Assembly: GCF_001457595.1 (NCBI RefSeq)
Contig: NZ_LN831039.1
Coordinates: 2,550,001-2,582,000, forward strand
Direction of reading: 5' to 3'
DNA: 32,000 nt
Source of the DNA: Mycolicibacterium smegmatis
GTDB taxonomy: Bacteria; Actinomycetota; Actinomycetes; Mycobacteriales; Mycobacteriaceae
The notes beneath the pieces are model-generated. The model was not told the origin of the DNA, did no database searches, and saw nothing but the letters and a program-made list of their open reading frames with translations. Positions 1 through 8,401 of this stretch are shown here, in pieces; the first letter of the stretch is position 1, and each line of letters opens with the position of its first letter. Both the position numbers and the translations under genes were made by a program.

Positions 1-68
1 CCTTCAGTCGCGTCAACGAACTGCTCCAGCGTCGCGGCATCGAACCGATCGACTGGAAGTTGCCCTAG
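1..68 (+). CDS. ung: 3' end of uracil-DNA glycosylase (partial; start lies outside the window)
   Basis: Frame 3 reads FSRVNELLQRRGIEPIDWKLP* and ends at TAG 66-68. It resembles the conserved C-terminal tail of family-1 UNG (E. coli ...LEQRGETPIDW...). Only 21 codons are visible. Confidence 0.55.
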   Translation, partial: FSRVNELLQRRGIEPIDWKLP

Positions 69-410
69 TCAGGGGGTCGTGGTCGGCAGCTCGGGCGTCG
101 GGATCTCGATCGTGGCGCTGCCGTCGTCGGTCGGGCCACCCGGAGGCGGCGCCTCCTCGCTGGTCGGCAGTTCCGTGGGGATCTCCACCGTCGCGCTACC
201 GTCGCTGGTCTCGGGAGCCGTCGTCTCGGGAGCCGTCGTCTCGACCACCGACTCGGTGGTGGTGGTCTCGAGCGTCGATTCGCCGCCGGAGTCGCTGCCG
301 GCGCATGCGGTCAACAAGGCGCCGACTGCAGCACCGGCGGCGATGGCGTACAGCGGTGAACGTGATGTGTGGCGTGAGGTCATGATGGCCCTGTTACCCG
401 GCCGGATCAT
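69..410 (-). CDS. Thr/Pro/Glu-rich putative lipoprotein with internal repeats
   Basis: The ORF has a basic n-region, a hydrophobic core (LYAIAAGAAVGALL) and an LTAC lipobox followed by GSDSGG. The mature part is low-complexity T/E/P-rich and repeats SATVEIPTELPT / SATIEIPTPELPT. An alternative start is ATG 383 (MTSRH...), which has a weak AGGG upstream. The stop abuts the ung stop (TAG|TCA). Confidence 0.6.
   Translation of the reverse strand: MIRPGNRAIMTSRHTSRSPLYAIAAGAAVGALLTACAGSDSGGESTLETTTTESVVETTAPETTAPETSDGSATVEIPTELPTSEEAPPPGGPTDDGSATIEIPTPELPTTTP
211..240. repeat. Perfect 15-bp tandem duplication (tcgggagccgtcgtc x2) inside the lipoprotein CDS
   Basis: Bases 211-225 and 226-240 are identical on direct reading. 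On the minus strand they encode the ETTAPETTAPET repeat. Confidence 0.9.
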
Positions 411-442
411 TAACCAAACGAAAGGACCGGCAGACGCCGGTC
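411..442 (-). terminator. Candidate intrinsic terminator downstream of rpmB
   Basis: The minus-strand RNA reads GACCGGC-GUCU-GCCGGUC, a 7-bp GC-rich stem (436-442 pairing with 425-431). It is followed by the U-rich tract CUUUCGUUUGGUU. The hairpin starts 18 nt after the rpmB stop codon. Confidence 0.5.
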
Positions 443-459
443 AGGCGCGAGCGCTCAGC

Positions 460-654
460 TCAGGCGCGCGAGACCTTGCCGGCCTTGATGCACGAGGTGC
501 AGGCGTTGATCCGCTGCTTGTTGCCGCCAGGACGGGTCACGGCACGCACCGGCTGGATGTTCGGATTCCAGCGCCGGCTGGTCCGCCGATGCGAATGCGA
601 CACCGACTTGCCGAAGCCGGGGCCCTTCCCGCAGATATCGCACACGGCAGCCAT
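460..654 (-). CDS. rpmB: 50S ribosomal protein L28 (Cys-containing, zinc-ribbon C+ form)
   Basis: The 64-aa product [34 protein letters not shown]...[13 protein letters not shown] has the typical bL28 sequence and length. It has two CxxC pairs. It is divergent from a DAK2-recG operon, as in many Gram-positive bacteria. Confidence 0.95.
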
Positions 655-888
655 ATCAACAACTCCTCGAAATCAGTACTTGGGGGCCAACGACCGCAAG
701 GCGGGTGACCCGACAACCTGACCAGGATACCGAGAAGGCGAGGTATCGCCAAAATCGGCCGTCAACACCGCGGCGCGCGGTGCACAGGTGCAGGTGGTCG
801 GCACCGGTTTGTCATTGTGACTGGCTAGGCTGGCGCCCACGATGGCGCCCTGCGCGCACCAGGGGTTCGGCGTGAACTTGGAGGTCCG

Positions 889-2553
889 ATGTCTGCACGG
901 CGGCTCGACGCCTCCGCCCTGCGGGATTGGGCACACACCGCGGTGGGGGACCTGATCACGCACACCGACGAGATCAACCGGCTCAACGTCTTCCCGGTCG
1001 CCGACGCCGACACGGGCACCAACATGCTGTTCACGATGCGCTCGGCGTGGGCTCACGCCGACGCCCAGTCCGGCGGTGACGTCGCGCAGGTCGCGAGCGC
1101 GCTGGCCGCGGGCGCACTGCAGGGCGCCCGCGGCAACTCCGGGGTGATCCTGTCGCAAATCCTGTTGGGCCTCGCCGAGGTCATCACGTCGGCCGCGGCC
1201 GACCGCGGCGGCGATCTCCTCGACGTCGACGGGCCGCTGTTCGGCGCGGCGTTGCGTCACGGTGTGGCGCTGGTCGCGGTGTCGATGGGCGACCCGGTGC
1301 CCGGGACGATCGTCACGGTGCTGCAGGCCGCGGCTGATGCCGCCGAGAAATGCGTGGTGGGTGGCGCCGATCTCGCCGAGGTCGCCGCGTCGGCGGCCGA
1401 CGCCGCCGCGACCGCGCTCGAACGCACACCGCAACAGCTCGACGTGCTGGCCGAGGCCGGTGTCGTCGACTCGGGCGGCCGTGGGCTGCTGGTGCTGCTC
1501 GACGCGATGACCGCGACCATCACCGGCCACGCGCCGCGCCGCCCGGCCTACACGCCCGCGCCGCCGCGGGCGACGGCGTCTTCTTCGGTGTCCGCCCGGG
1601 CCGGGGTACCGGCCGACGATGTCGCCCCGACCCAGGTGCCGCAGTTCGAGGTCATGTACCTGCTGAGCGGATGTGCGCCCGAGGCGGTCGAGCACCTTCG
1701 TGCGGGGCTGGAGCAGATCGGCGAGTCGGTCGCGATCGCCACCTCGGGCGGCGGTCGGTACTCGGTGCACGTGCATGTCGACGACGCGGGCGCCGCCGTC
1801 GAGGCGGGTCTGGCGGTCGGCACTCTCAACCGCATCCAGATCACCGCGCTCACCGGATCCGGCGGTTCGCGGCCGTCCGGCGGGTGGGAACGTGAGCGCG
1901 CCGTGCTGGCGGTCGTCGACGGCGACGGCGGGGCCGAGTTGTTCGCCGGTGAGGGCGCGCACGTGCTGCGACCCGAGGCCGACGAACCTGTCAGCGCAAA
2001 ACAACTGCTGCGTGCGCTCGTCGACGTCGGCGCCGCACAGGTGATGGTGCTGCCCAACGGCTATGTCGCCGCCGAGGAACTCGTCGCGGGCTGCACTGCC
2101 GCGATCGGCTGGGGGATCGACGTCGTACCGGTCCCGGCCGGATCCATGGTCCAGGGACTCGCCGCGCTCGCGGTGCACGACGCCGCACGGCAGGCCGTCG
2201 ACGACGGCTACACGATGGCGCGCGCGGCGGCCGGTGCCCGGCACGGGTCGGTGCGCGTCGCGACCGAGGAGGCACTCACGTGGGCCGGTGCGTGCAAACC
2301 CGGTGACGGCCTGGGCATCGCGGGTGACGAGGTGCTCATCGTCGGCCCCGACGTCACCGCCGCCGCGGCCGGGCTGATCGATCTGCTGCTCGCCGCGGGC
2401 GGCGAACTCATCACCGTGCTCACCGGGCATGGTGTGGATTCAGCCGTCGGCGAGGCACTGCAGGCCCACGTTCACGACAAACACCTGGGCGTCGAACTGG
2501 TGACGTATCACACCGGGCACCGCGGCGACGCACTGCTGATCGGGGTTGAGTGA
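889..2553 (+). CDS. DAK2 domain fusion protein (YloV family)
   Basis: The N-terminal Dak2 motif DADTGTNMLFTM is present and the C-terminal DegV-like half is long. A GGAGG sits 4-5 nt upstream of ATG 889. The stop overlaps the recG start (gtGATGg, ATGA type). The yloV-recG synteny is conserved. Confidence 0.9.
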   Translation: MSARRLDASALRDWAHTAVGDLITHTDEINRLNVFPVADADTGTNMLFTMRSAWAHADAQSGGDVAQVASALAAGALQGARGNSGVILSQILLGLAEVITSAAADRGGDLLDVDGPLFGAALRHGVALVAVSMGDPVPGTIVTVLQAAADAAEKCVVGGADLAEVAASAADAAATALERTPQQLDVLAEAGVVDSGGRGLLVLLDAMTATITGHAPRRPAYTPAPPRATASSSVSARAGVPADDVAPTQVPQFEVMYLLSGCAPEAVEHLRAGLEQIGESVAIATSGGGRYSVHVHVDDAGAAVEAGLAVGTLNRIQITALTGSGGSRPSGGWERERAVLAVVDGDGGAELFAGEGAHVLRPEADEPVSAKQLLRALVDVGAAQVMVLPNGYVAAEELVAGCTAAIGWGIDVVPVPAGSMVQGLAALAVHDAARQAVDDGYTMARAAAGARHGSVRVATEEALTWAGACKPGDGLGIAGDEVLIVGPDVTAAAAGLIDLLLAAGGELITVLTGHGVDSAVGEALQAHVHDKHLGVELVTYHTGHRGDALLIGVE

Positions 2554-4811
2554 TGGCCACGCTCGAAGATTCCCTTCAATTCGTCCTCGGGAAGAAGGCG
2601 GCCGACAAGCTCGAAGAGCACTTCGGGCTGCGCACCGTCAACGACCTGCTGCGGCACTATCCGCGCAAGTACAGCGACGGCATGACCGTGCGCGGTGAGG
2701 GCGAGGCGCTCGATCTGGAAGAGGGCGAACACGTCACGTTCATCGACGTCATCACCGAAGCCCAGCCGGGGACCATGAAACGGCCCGTCAAGACCAAGAC
2801 GGGTAAGCAGTTCACCCCCAAGTACCTGCGCGTCAAGCTCGGCGATCACAAGCCGAAGGTGACCGCGACGTTCTTCAACGCCAACTGGATGATCGACGAA
2901 CTCAAGGTCGGCACCCGGCTCATGCTCTCCGGTGAGGTCAAGTACTTCCGCGACACCGTGCAGCTGAACCACCCGGCGTTTCTGGTGCTCGAATCGCCCA
3001 GCGGGCGCACGATCGGCACCAAGTCGCTCAAAACCATCGCCGAGGCCTCCGGCGCCTCGGGCGAGGACATGCTCGCCGAGTTCGAGAAGGAGTTCTTCCC
3101 GATCTACACGGCGTCGGCGAAGATGCAGAGCTGGGACATCTACCGGTGCATCCGCCAGGTCCTCGCGGTGCTCGACCCGATCCCCGATCCACTGCCCAAA
3201 TCCTTTGTGCAGCAACGTGGTCTGATGTCCGAGGACCAGGCGCTGCGGGCGATCCATCTCGCGGCGAACTCGACCGAGCGCGACCGCGCCCGCGAGCGGC
3301 TCACCTACGACGAGGCGATCGGGCTGCAGTGGGGTCTGGTGGCCCGCCGCTACGGCGAACTGGCCGCGTCGGGTCCGTCGGCGCCGTTGCGGGTCGACGG
3401 TCTGGTGGCCGCGTTGCGGGAGCGGTTGCCGTTCGAGCTGACCGCCGGTCAGCGTGAGGTGCTCGACGTGATCTCCGGTGAGCTCGCCTCGACGCGCCCG
3501 ATGAACCGCATGCTGCAGGGCGAGGTGGGCTCGGGCAAGACGATCGTATCGGTGCTGGCCATGTTGCAGATGGTCGATGCCGGGTATCAGTGCGCGCTCC
3601 TCGCGCCGACCGAAGTGCTTGCGACACAACATGCTCGCTCGGTGCGCGACGTGCTGGGGCCGCTGGCGATGGCCGGTGAGCTGGGCGGCGACGAGCACGG
3701 CACGCGCGTCGCTCTCCTTACGGGATCGATGACGCCGCAACAGAAACGCGCGGTGCGTGACGAGGTGGCCTCGGGCGCGGCCGGCATCGTCATCGGCACC
3801 CACGCGCTGCTGCAGGACGCCGTCGAGTTCGACAACCTCGGCATGGTCGTGGTCGACGAGCAGCACCGCTTCGGTGTCGAGCAGCGGGATACGTTGCGCG
3901 CCAAGGCTCCTGAAGGGCTGACGCCGCATCTTCTGGTCATGACGGCCACGCCCATCCCGCGCACGGTCGCGCTCACCGTCTACGGCGATCTGGAGACCTC
4001 GACCCTGCGCGAACTCCCGCGCGGGCGCCAACCCATCACGAGCAACACGATTTTCGTGTCGCAGAAGCCCGCCTGGCTGGACCGTGCGTGGGCCCGGATC
4101 CGCGAGGAGGTGGCCGCGGGGCGGCAGGCATACGTCGTCGCGTCGCGCATCGACGAGAACGACAAACCCTCCGGCGGCAAGGAAAACGAGGGCCGCCAGG
4201 CCGGCCCGCCGCCCATCACGGTGGTCGAACTCTACGAGCGCCTGCGCAACGGCCCGTTGGAGGGCCTGCGCCTGGGCCTCATGCACGGCAGGCTCTCGGG
4301 TGACGAGAAGGACGAGGTGATGTCGCGGTTCCGTGCCGGCGAGATCGATGTCCTGGTGTGCACCACGGTGATCGAGGTGGGCGTGGACGTGCCCAACTCG
4401 ACCGTGATGGTGGTGATGGACGCCGACCGGTTCGGCATCAGCCAGTTGCACCAGTTGCGCGGCCGCATCGGCCGTGGACAACATCCCAGCCTGTGCCTGC
4501 TGGCCACGCGGATGCCCGAGAACTCGAAGGCGGGAGAGCGCATCAAGGCGGTGGCGTCCACCCTCGACGGTTTCGAACTGGCCGACCTGGACCTCGAAGA
4601 GCGCCGCGAAGGCGATGTGCTGGGCCTCAACCAGTCCGGCCGCACGATCAATCTGCGCTTCCTGTCGCTGCGCGACCACCTCGAGGTGATCACCGACGCC
4701 CGCGCGTTCTGCGAGACGCGCTACGAGCAGGATCCGAACGACACCGGAATGGCCTTGCTCGCGGCGCAGTTCGTCAACACCGACCGCGTCGAGTACCTGG
4801 AAAAGGCATGA
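2550..4811 (+). CDS. recG: ATP-dependent DNA helicase RecG
   Basis: The 753-aa product has an N-terminal wedge/OB region, Walker A GEVGSGKT, a DEQH box (VVVDEQHRFG) and the helicase C-terminal motif QLHQLRGRIGRG. Confidence 0.97.
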   Translation: MMATLEDSLQFVLGKKAADKLEEHFGLRTVNDLLRHYPRKYSDGMTVRGEGEALDLEEGEHVTFIDVITEAQPGTMKRPVKTKTGKQFTPKYLRVKLGDHKPKVTATFFNANWMIDELKVGTRLMLSGEVKYFRDTVQLNHPAFLVLESPSGRTIGTKSLKTIAEASGASGEDMLAEFEKEFFPIYTASAKMQSWDIYRCIRQVLAVLDPIPDPLPKSFVQQRGLMSEDQALRAIHLAANSTERDRARERLTYDEAIGLQWGLVARRYGELAASGPSAPLRVDGLVAALRERLPFELTAGQREVLDVISGELASTRPMNRMLQGEVGSGKTIVSVLAMLQMVDAGYQCALLAPTEVLATQHARSVRDVLGPLAMAGELGGDEHGTRVALLTGSMTPQQKRAVRDEVASGAAGIVIGTHALLQDAVEFDNLGMVVVDEQHRFGVEQRDTLRAKAPEGLTPHLLVMTATPIPRTVALTVYGDLETSTLRELPRGRQPITSNTIFVSQKPAWLDRAWARIREEVAAGRQAYVVASRIDENDKPSGGKENEGRQAGPPPITVVELYERLRNGPLEGLRLGLMHGRLSGDEKDEVMSRFRAGEIDVLVCTTVIEVGVDVPNSTVMVVMDADRFGISQLHQLRGRIGRGQHPSLCLLATRMPENSKAGERIKAVASTLDGFELADLDLEERREGDVLGLNQSGRTINLRFLSLRDHLEVITDARAFCETRYEQDPNDTGMALLAAQFVNTDRVEYLEKA

Positions 4812-5512
4812 CGCGCCGCCGCACGTGGTGGCTCGCGCTGCTCGTGGCGCTGGCGGTGTTCGTCGCCTACCAGACCATCAGCGCGTCGTCGCAGCGGTCG
4901 ATGGTCGCCGACGCCGACGTGCCCACCGTCGCACCGGGCGCGGACGTGCTCGCCGGGGTGGCCGTGGTGCCGGCACGGATGCGTGGCCACGACTACCGTC
5001 GCGCCGCGTTCGGCGATGCCTGGACCGACGACAACGATGCGCCGGGCGGGCACAACGGATGCGACACCCGCAACGACATCCTCGACCGTGATCTCGTGGA
5101 CAAGACGTACACCTCCATCAGCCGCTGCCCGACGGCCGTGGCGACCGGCGTCCTGCACGACCCCTACACGAACCTCACCATCCCGTTCACGCGCGGCAAC
5201 AAGACCGGGGCCGCCGTGCAGATCGAGCACATCGTGCCGTTGGCCTACGCGTGGGATCAGGGCGCTCGCTACTGGCCGCAACAGATGCGGGTGCGCCTCG
5301 CCAACGACCCGGCGAATCTCGTTGCCGTGCAAGGGCAGGCCAACCAGGACAAGGGCGACAAGGAACCCGCGTTGTGGATGCCGCCCAACGCGGCGTTCCA
5401 CTGTCAGTACGCGATGCAGTTCATCGAGGTGATGCGCGGCTACGCGCTGCCGGTCGACGCGCCGTCGGTGCCGGTGCTGCGACAGGCCGCCGACACCTGC
5501 CCGCGTGGTTGA
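4808..5512 (+). CDS. Signal-anchored DUF1524 / His-Me finger (HNH-like) nuclease family protein
   Basis: The start ATG 4808 overlaps the recG stop (cATGAc). The N-terminus MTRRRTWWLALLVALAVFVAYQ is a signal or membrane anchor. The C-terminal block QIEHIVPLAYAWDQGA...ANLVAVQGQANQDKGDKEP matches the DUF1524 (GmrSD C-terminal-like) nuclease motif. The predicted exported part contains four Cys. The 150 codons upstream in the same ORF (4358-4807) lie inside recG and are not used. Confidence 0.8.
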   Translation: MTRRRTWWLALLVALAVFVAYQTISASSQRSMVADADVPTVAPGADVLAGVAVVPARMRGHDYRRAAFGDAWTDDNDAPGGHNGCDTRNDILDRDLVDKTYTSISRCPTAVATGVLHDPYTNLTIPFTRGNKTGAAVQIEHIVPLAYAWDQGARYWPQQMRVRLANDPANLVAVQGQANQDKGDKEPALWMPPNAAFHCQYAMQFIEVMRGYALPVDAPSVPVLRQAADTCPRG

Positions 5513-5526
5513 GTTTTCCTCTCGCG

Positions 5527-6033
5527 CTACAGATCCAGCACCCAGTTCTGGCCCGTGAGGTCGTGGCCGAAGCTGTGATGGCGTTCCTGCTCAACGAGCC
5601 GGAATCCCGCTGCCTGATAGATCTTTCGGGCCGAGGTGAGCACGTCGTTGGTCCACAGGCCGACCTTGCGGTAGCCCGCGGTACGCGCGAAGCGCAGGCA
5701 CTCGTCGACCAGGCTCCGACCGAGGCCGAGTCCGCGTGCCTGCGGAGTGACCAGCAGGATGCGCAGCTTTGCCAGGTCGGGTTCGTCGCCGGCCACGCAG
5801 AAGATGCAGCCCGCGCGCTGGCCGTCGACCTCGGCGATCCAGCCTGCCTCGCGCGCCGGATCGTGTGCTGCGGCGTAGTCGGCGACGATCCGGGCCACGA
5901 GGGCCTCGAAATCGGTGTTCCAGCCGAATTGCCGGTGGTAGATCTCGCCGTGGGCCATCACGACCCAGCCGAGATCTCCCGGACGATCGGCGCGGCGTAC
6001 GACGATCTGGGCCTGCTCCACTTGCAGTGACAT
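5527..6033 (-). CDS. GNAT family N-acetyltransferase
   Basis: The acetyl-CoA binding motif A is present as VTPQARGLGLGRSLV, and the size is typical at about 168 aa. ATG 6033 is preferred over GTG 6063 because a G-rich SD (GGGACGGGGG) precedes it. Confidence 0.85.
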   Translation of the reverse strand: MSLQVEQAQIVVRRADRPGDLGWVVMAHGEIYHRQFGWNTDFEALVARIVADYAAAHDPAREAGWIAEVDGQRAGCIFCVAGDEPDLAKLRILLVTPQARGLGLGRSLVDECLRFARTAGYRKVGLWTNDVLTSARKIYQAAGFRLVEQERHHSFGHDLTGQNWVLDL

Positions 6034-6054
6034 GGCGAACCCCCGTCCCGAAGT

Positions 6055-6076
6055 CACTGACACACTCGTTTCAGTG
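6055..6076. promoter_or_regulatory. Inverted repeat CACTGA-N10-TCAGTG, candidate TetR operator in the GNAT/TetR divergent region
   Basis: There are perfect 6-bp arms at 6055-6060 and 6071-6076. They lie in the 59-bp intergenic region between the divergent GNAT and TetR genes, immediately upstream of the -10-like hexamer. Confidence 0.4.
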
Positions 6077-6080
6077 GAGC

Positions 6081-6086
6081 TAGGCT
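6081..6086 (+). promoter_or_regulatory. -10-like hexamer TAGGCT placed for a leaderless TetR transcript
   Basis: It matches the TANNNT pattern and is followed by exactly 6 nt and then GTG 6093. No SD-like purine run lies between them. Confidence 0.35.
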
Positions 6087-6092
6087 AGCGCC

Positions 6093-6671
6093 GTGACCGC
6101 ACGCGAGGCAACCCCTTCGGCCCGGCAGACCGAACTGCTCGAAGCCGCGTACCGGTATGCGCTGAGCCACGGCCTCGCCGACATGTCGTTGCGCCCGTTG
6201 GCGTCGGCGATCGGGTCCAGCCCGCGGGTGCTGCTCTACCTCTTCGGCAGCAAGGACGGACTCGTGCGCGCGCTGGTCGCACGGGCGCGCGCCGACGAAC
6301 TCGCGGTGCTCGACCGCCTCCACGGCGCCGCGAGCGCAGAACCCCTGAGCCTCGGCGTCGCGGTCACGGAAATCTGGAATTGGCTTGCCGCAGAACAGCA
6401 TCGACCGCTGCTGAAGTTGTGGGTCGAGGCCTACGGCCGTTCACTAATCGAATCGGACGGAGCGTGGGCGGGCTTCGCCCGAGCGACCGTCGACGACTGG
6501 ATGGGCCTGCTGGCGAGATGTCAGCCAGAAGGGCACAGGGACACCGAGGACGGCGCGGTGCAGCGCACGCTCGCGTTGGCGCTCCTGCGCGGCGCGCTGC
6601 TCGACCTGCTCGCCACCGGCGACACCGAGCGGGTCACCCGAGCCGTGCACCACCAGGCCGCCAGGTTCTGA
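6093..6671 (+). CDS. TetR/AcrR family transcriptional regulator
   Basis: The N-terminal HTH region is LLEAAYRYALSHGLADMSLRPLASAIGSSPRVLLYLFGSKDGLV. The 192-aa size is typical, and the gene is divergent from the GNAT gene. Confidence 0.9.
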   Translation: MTAREATPSARQTELLEAAYRYALSHGLADMSLRPLASAIGSSPRVLLYLFGSKDGLVRALVARARADELAVLDRLHGAASAEPLSLGVAVTEIWNWLAAEQHRPLLKLWVEAYGRSLIESDGAWAGFARATVDDWMGLLARCQPEGHRDTEDGAVQRTLALALLRGALLDLLATGDTERVTRAVHHQAARF

Positions 6672-6701
6672 TATCCGATGCCGAGCAGACGCGAGAAGAA
6701 C

Positions 6702-7553
6702 TCAGCTACCGGTGTAGGTGGCGGGGTCGGGACGGAAACGCGTGCCGTCGTCGAGCCCGTTCAGCGTCTCCATCTCGTCGGCCGTGAGCTCGAAGCCGAA
6801 CACGTCCAGGTTGGAGGCGATGCGCTCGGGATTGGCCGAGCGTGAGATCACGACGTTGCCCAGCTGGATGCTCCACCGCAGCAGCACCTGCGCGGCGGTC
6901 CGGCCGTGGGCCTCGGCGATGGCCGTGACGGCAGGGTGGTCCAGCAGCCGCCCGACGCCGAGCGGGCCGTAGGCCTCGGTGACGATGTTGTAGCCGGCGT
7001 TGACCTCGCGCAGTGCGGCCTGGTTGAGCAGCGGGTGCAGCTCGATCTGGTTCACCGCGGGGGTGAAGTAGGTCAGGCTGACGATGGTCTCGAGGTCCTC
7101 GGCGCCGAAGTTGCACACGCCGATCGAGCGCGCGATGCCGTCCTCCTTGACCTTCATCAGGCCGCCCCAGCTGTCGACGTACTTGCTGGTGTCACCGCCG
7201 GGCCAGTGGATCAGGTAGAGGTCGACGTAGTCGAGGCCGAGGCGCTCAAGGCTGGCCCGCGCGGCGGCCTGCGACGACGTGAACCCCTGATCGGGCGTGG
7301 CGAGTTTGGTGGTCACGTAGATCTCGTCACGCGGGATGCCCGAGGCCGCGATGGCGCGGCCGACCGCGGCCTCGTTCCCGTAGGCGGCGGCGGTGTCGAG
7401 CAGCCGGTAACCGGCCTCCAACGCCGCCGAGACCGATCGCTCGGCTTCGCTGTCGGACAGTTCACCGACGCCGATGCCGACAACGGGGAGCGTGTTGTCG
7501 TCGTTGAGCGTGACGGTGGGAATCGCAGCAGCTTGCCCGTGCGATGCGGTCAT
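6702..7553 (-). CDS. Aldo/keto reductase (2,5-diketo-D-gluconate reductase-like; Rv2971-type)
   Basis: The AKR catalytic tetrad context is intact: [10 protein letters not shown] (Asp, Tyr), TTKL (Lys) and LIHWP (His). The length is 283 aa and GC content is high. It sits 5 nt downstream of the paralog at 7559-8401 on the same strand. Confidence 0.93.
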   Translation of the reverse strand: MTASHGQAAAIPTVTLNDDNTLPVVGIGVGELSDSEAERSVSAALEAGYRLLDTAAAYGNEAAVGRAIAASGIPRDEIYVTTKLATPDQGFTSSQAAARASLERLGLDYVDLYLIHWPGGDTSKYVDSWGGLMKVKEDGIARSIGVCNFGAEDLETIVSLTYFTPAVNQIELHPLLNQAALREVNAGYNIVTEAYGPLGVGRLLDHPAVTAIAEAHGRTAAQVLLRWSIQLGNVVISRSANPERIASNLDVFGFELTADEMETLNGLDDGTRFRPDPATYTGS

Positions 7554-7558
7554 GGCAC

Positions 7559-8401
7559 CTACCCTGTGAAGTTGAAGGTTCGTGGATCGGGACCCAACCG
7601 TTTCCCGGTTTCCAGCGAAGCGATGGACGTGATGTCCTGCTCGCTGAGTTCGAAATCGAACACGTCGAAATTGCTCGCAATCCGTTCCGGGTTTACCGAC
7701 TTGGGAATGACGATATTACCGAGTTGGATATGCCACCTAATAAGCACCTGCGCGGGTGTTTTCCCATGCTGTTCAGCAATGCCTGTGATCACCGGGTCGG
7801 CCAGAAGTGATCCCTGCCCCAGCGGGCTCCACGCCTCGGTCGCGATCCCCAGCTTGGCGTGCACGTCGCGAAGCTCCTGCTGGGGCAGCAGCGGATGCAG
7901 TTCGATCTGGTTGACGGCGGGAACGATGCCGGTCTCTTCGATCAGTGTGGTCAGATGCTCGGGTTCGAAGTTGCTCACACCGATTGAACGGATGCGCCCT
8001 TGGTCACGCAGGTGGGCGAAAGCCTTGAAGGTGTCGACGAACTTGTTGTTCTCGGGCACCGGCCAGTGGATGAGGTACAGGTCGAGGTAGTCGACGCCGA
8101 GACGTTGCACGCTGGCGTCGAACGCCGCCAGCGTGGCGTCGTAGCCCTGATCGCTGTTCCACAACTTGGTGACCAGGAAGATGTCTTCGCGCGGCACGCC
8201 GGAGTTGGCGATCGCGCGACCGGTCTCGGTCTCGTTACGGTACGCGGCCGCGGTGTCGATGTGGCGGTACCCGGCCTGCAGGGCCGCGGCGACGGCGCGT
8301 TCGGTGTCTTCGGCGGGGGTCTGCCAAACGCCGAGCCCGACCTGTGGGATGGAATTACCGTCGTTGAGCGTGATGCGAGGACTCACAGAGGAAGCTGCCA
8401 T
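7559..8401 (-). CDS. Aldo/keto reductase, second tandem paralog (lower GC)
   Basis: The motifs [15 protein letters not shown] and LIHWP are present. It is about half identical to the downstream AKR by eye. The start ATG (complement of 8399-8401) overlaps the divergent esterase ATG. An alternative in-frame GTG lies at codon 6. Confidence 0.9.
   Translation of the reverse strand: MAASSVSPRITLNDGNSIPQVGLGVWQTPAEDTERAVAAALQAGYRHIDTAAAYRNETETGRAIANSGVPREDIFLVTKLWNSDQGYDATLAAFDASVQRLGVDYLDLYLIHWPVPENNKFVDTFKAFAHLRDQGRIRSIGVSNFEPEHLTTLIEETGIVPAVNQIELHPLLPQQELRDVHAKLGIATEAWSPLGQGSLLADPVITGIAEQHGKTPAQVLIRWHIQLGNIVIPKSVNPERIASNFDVFDFELSEQDITSIASLETGKRLGPDPRTFNFTG

Noticed and set aside
673-2430. 585-aa ORF antisense to the DAK2 gene
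   Set aside because: It lies entirely opposite a gene with clear family motifs. The product is Arg/Gly/Asp/His-rich with no recognisable motif. This is a typical shadow ORF of high-GC DNA, where stop codons are rare in the antisense frames.
2508-4679. 723-aa ORF antisense to recG
   Set aside because: The same reasoning applies. recG on the plus strand has the Walker A, DEQH and helicase C motifs, and the antisense product is low-complexity R/G/A/H/L.
4358-4807. N-terminal 150-codon extension of the DUF1524 nuclease ORF
   Set aside because: It lies wholly inside recG in another frame. The ATG at 4808 gives a classic signal anchor and an ATGA overlap with the recG stop. Similar rejected extensions are 8166-8399 (esterase), 9563-10297 (VKOR), 17241-17600 (rnc), 20402-20473 (acyP) and 26077-26184 (amt).
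4808-5512. DUF1524 gene as a GmrSD-type (type IV restriction) anti-phage defence gene
   Set aside because: It has no DUF262 N-terminal NTPase or sensor half and carries a signal or membrane anchor instead. It is embedded in and translationally coupled to the conserved yloV-recG operon. No neighbouring defence or mobile genes are present.
5527-8401. The GNAT-TetR-AKR-AKR block as a mobile genomic island
   Set aside because: I could find no integrase, transposase, tRNA or flanking direct repeats. Only the second AKR is compositionally atypical. It is reported as lineage-specific insertions rather than as a mobile element.
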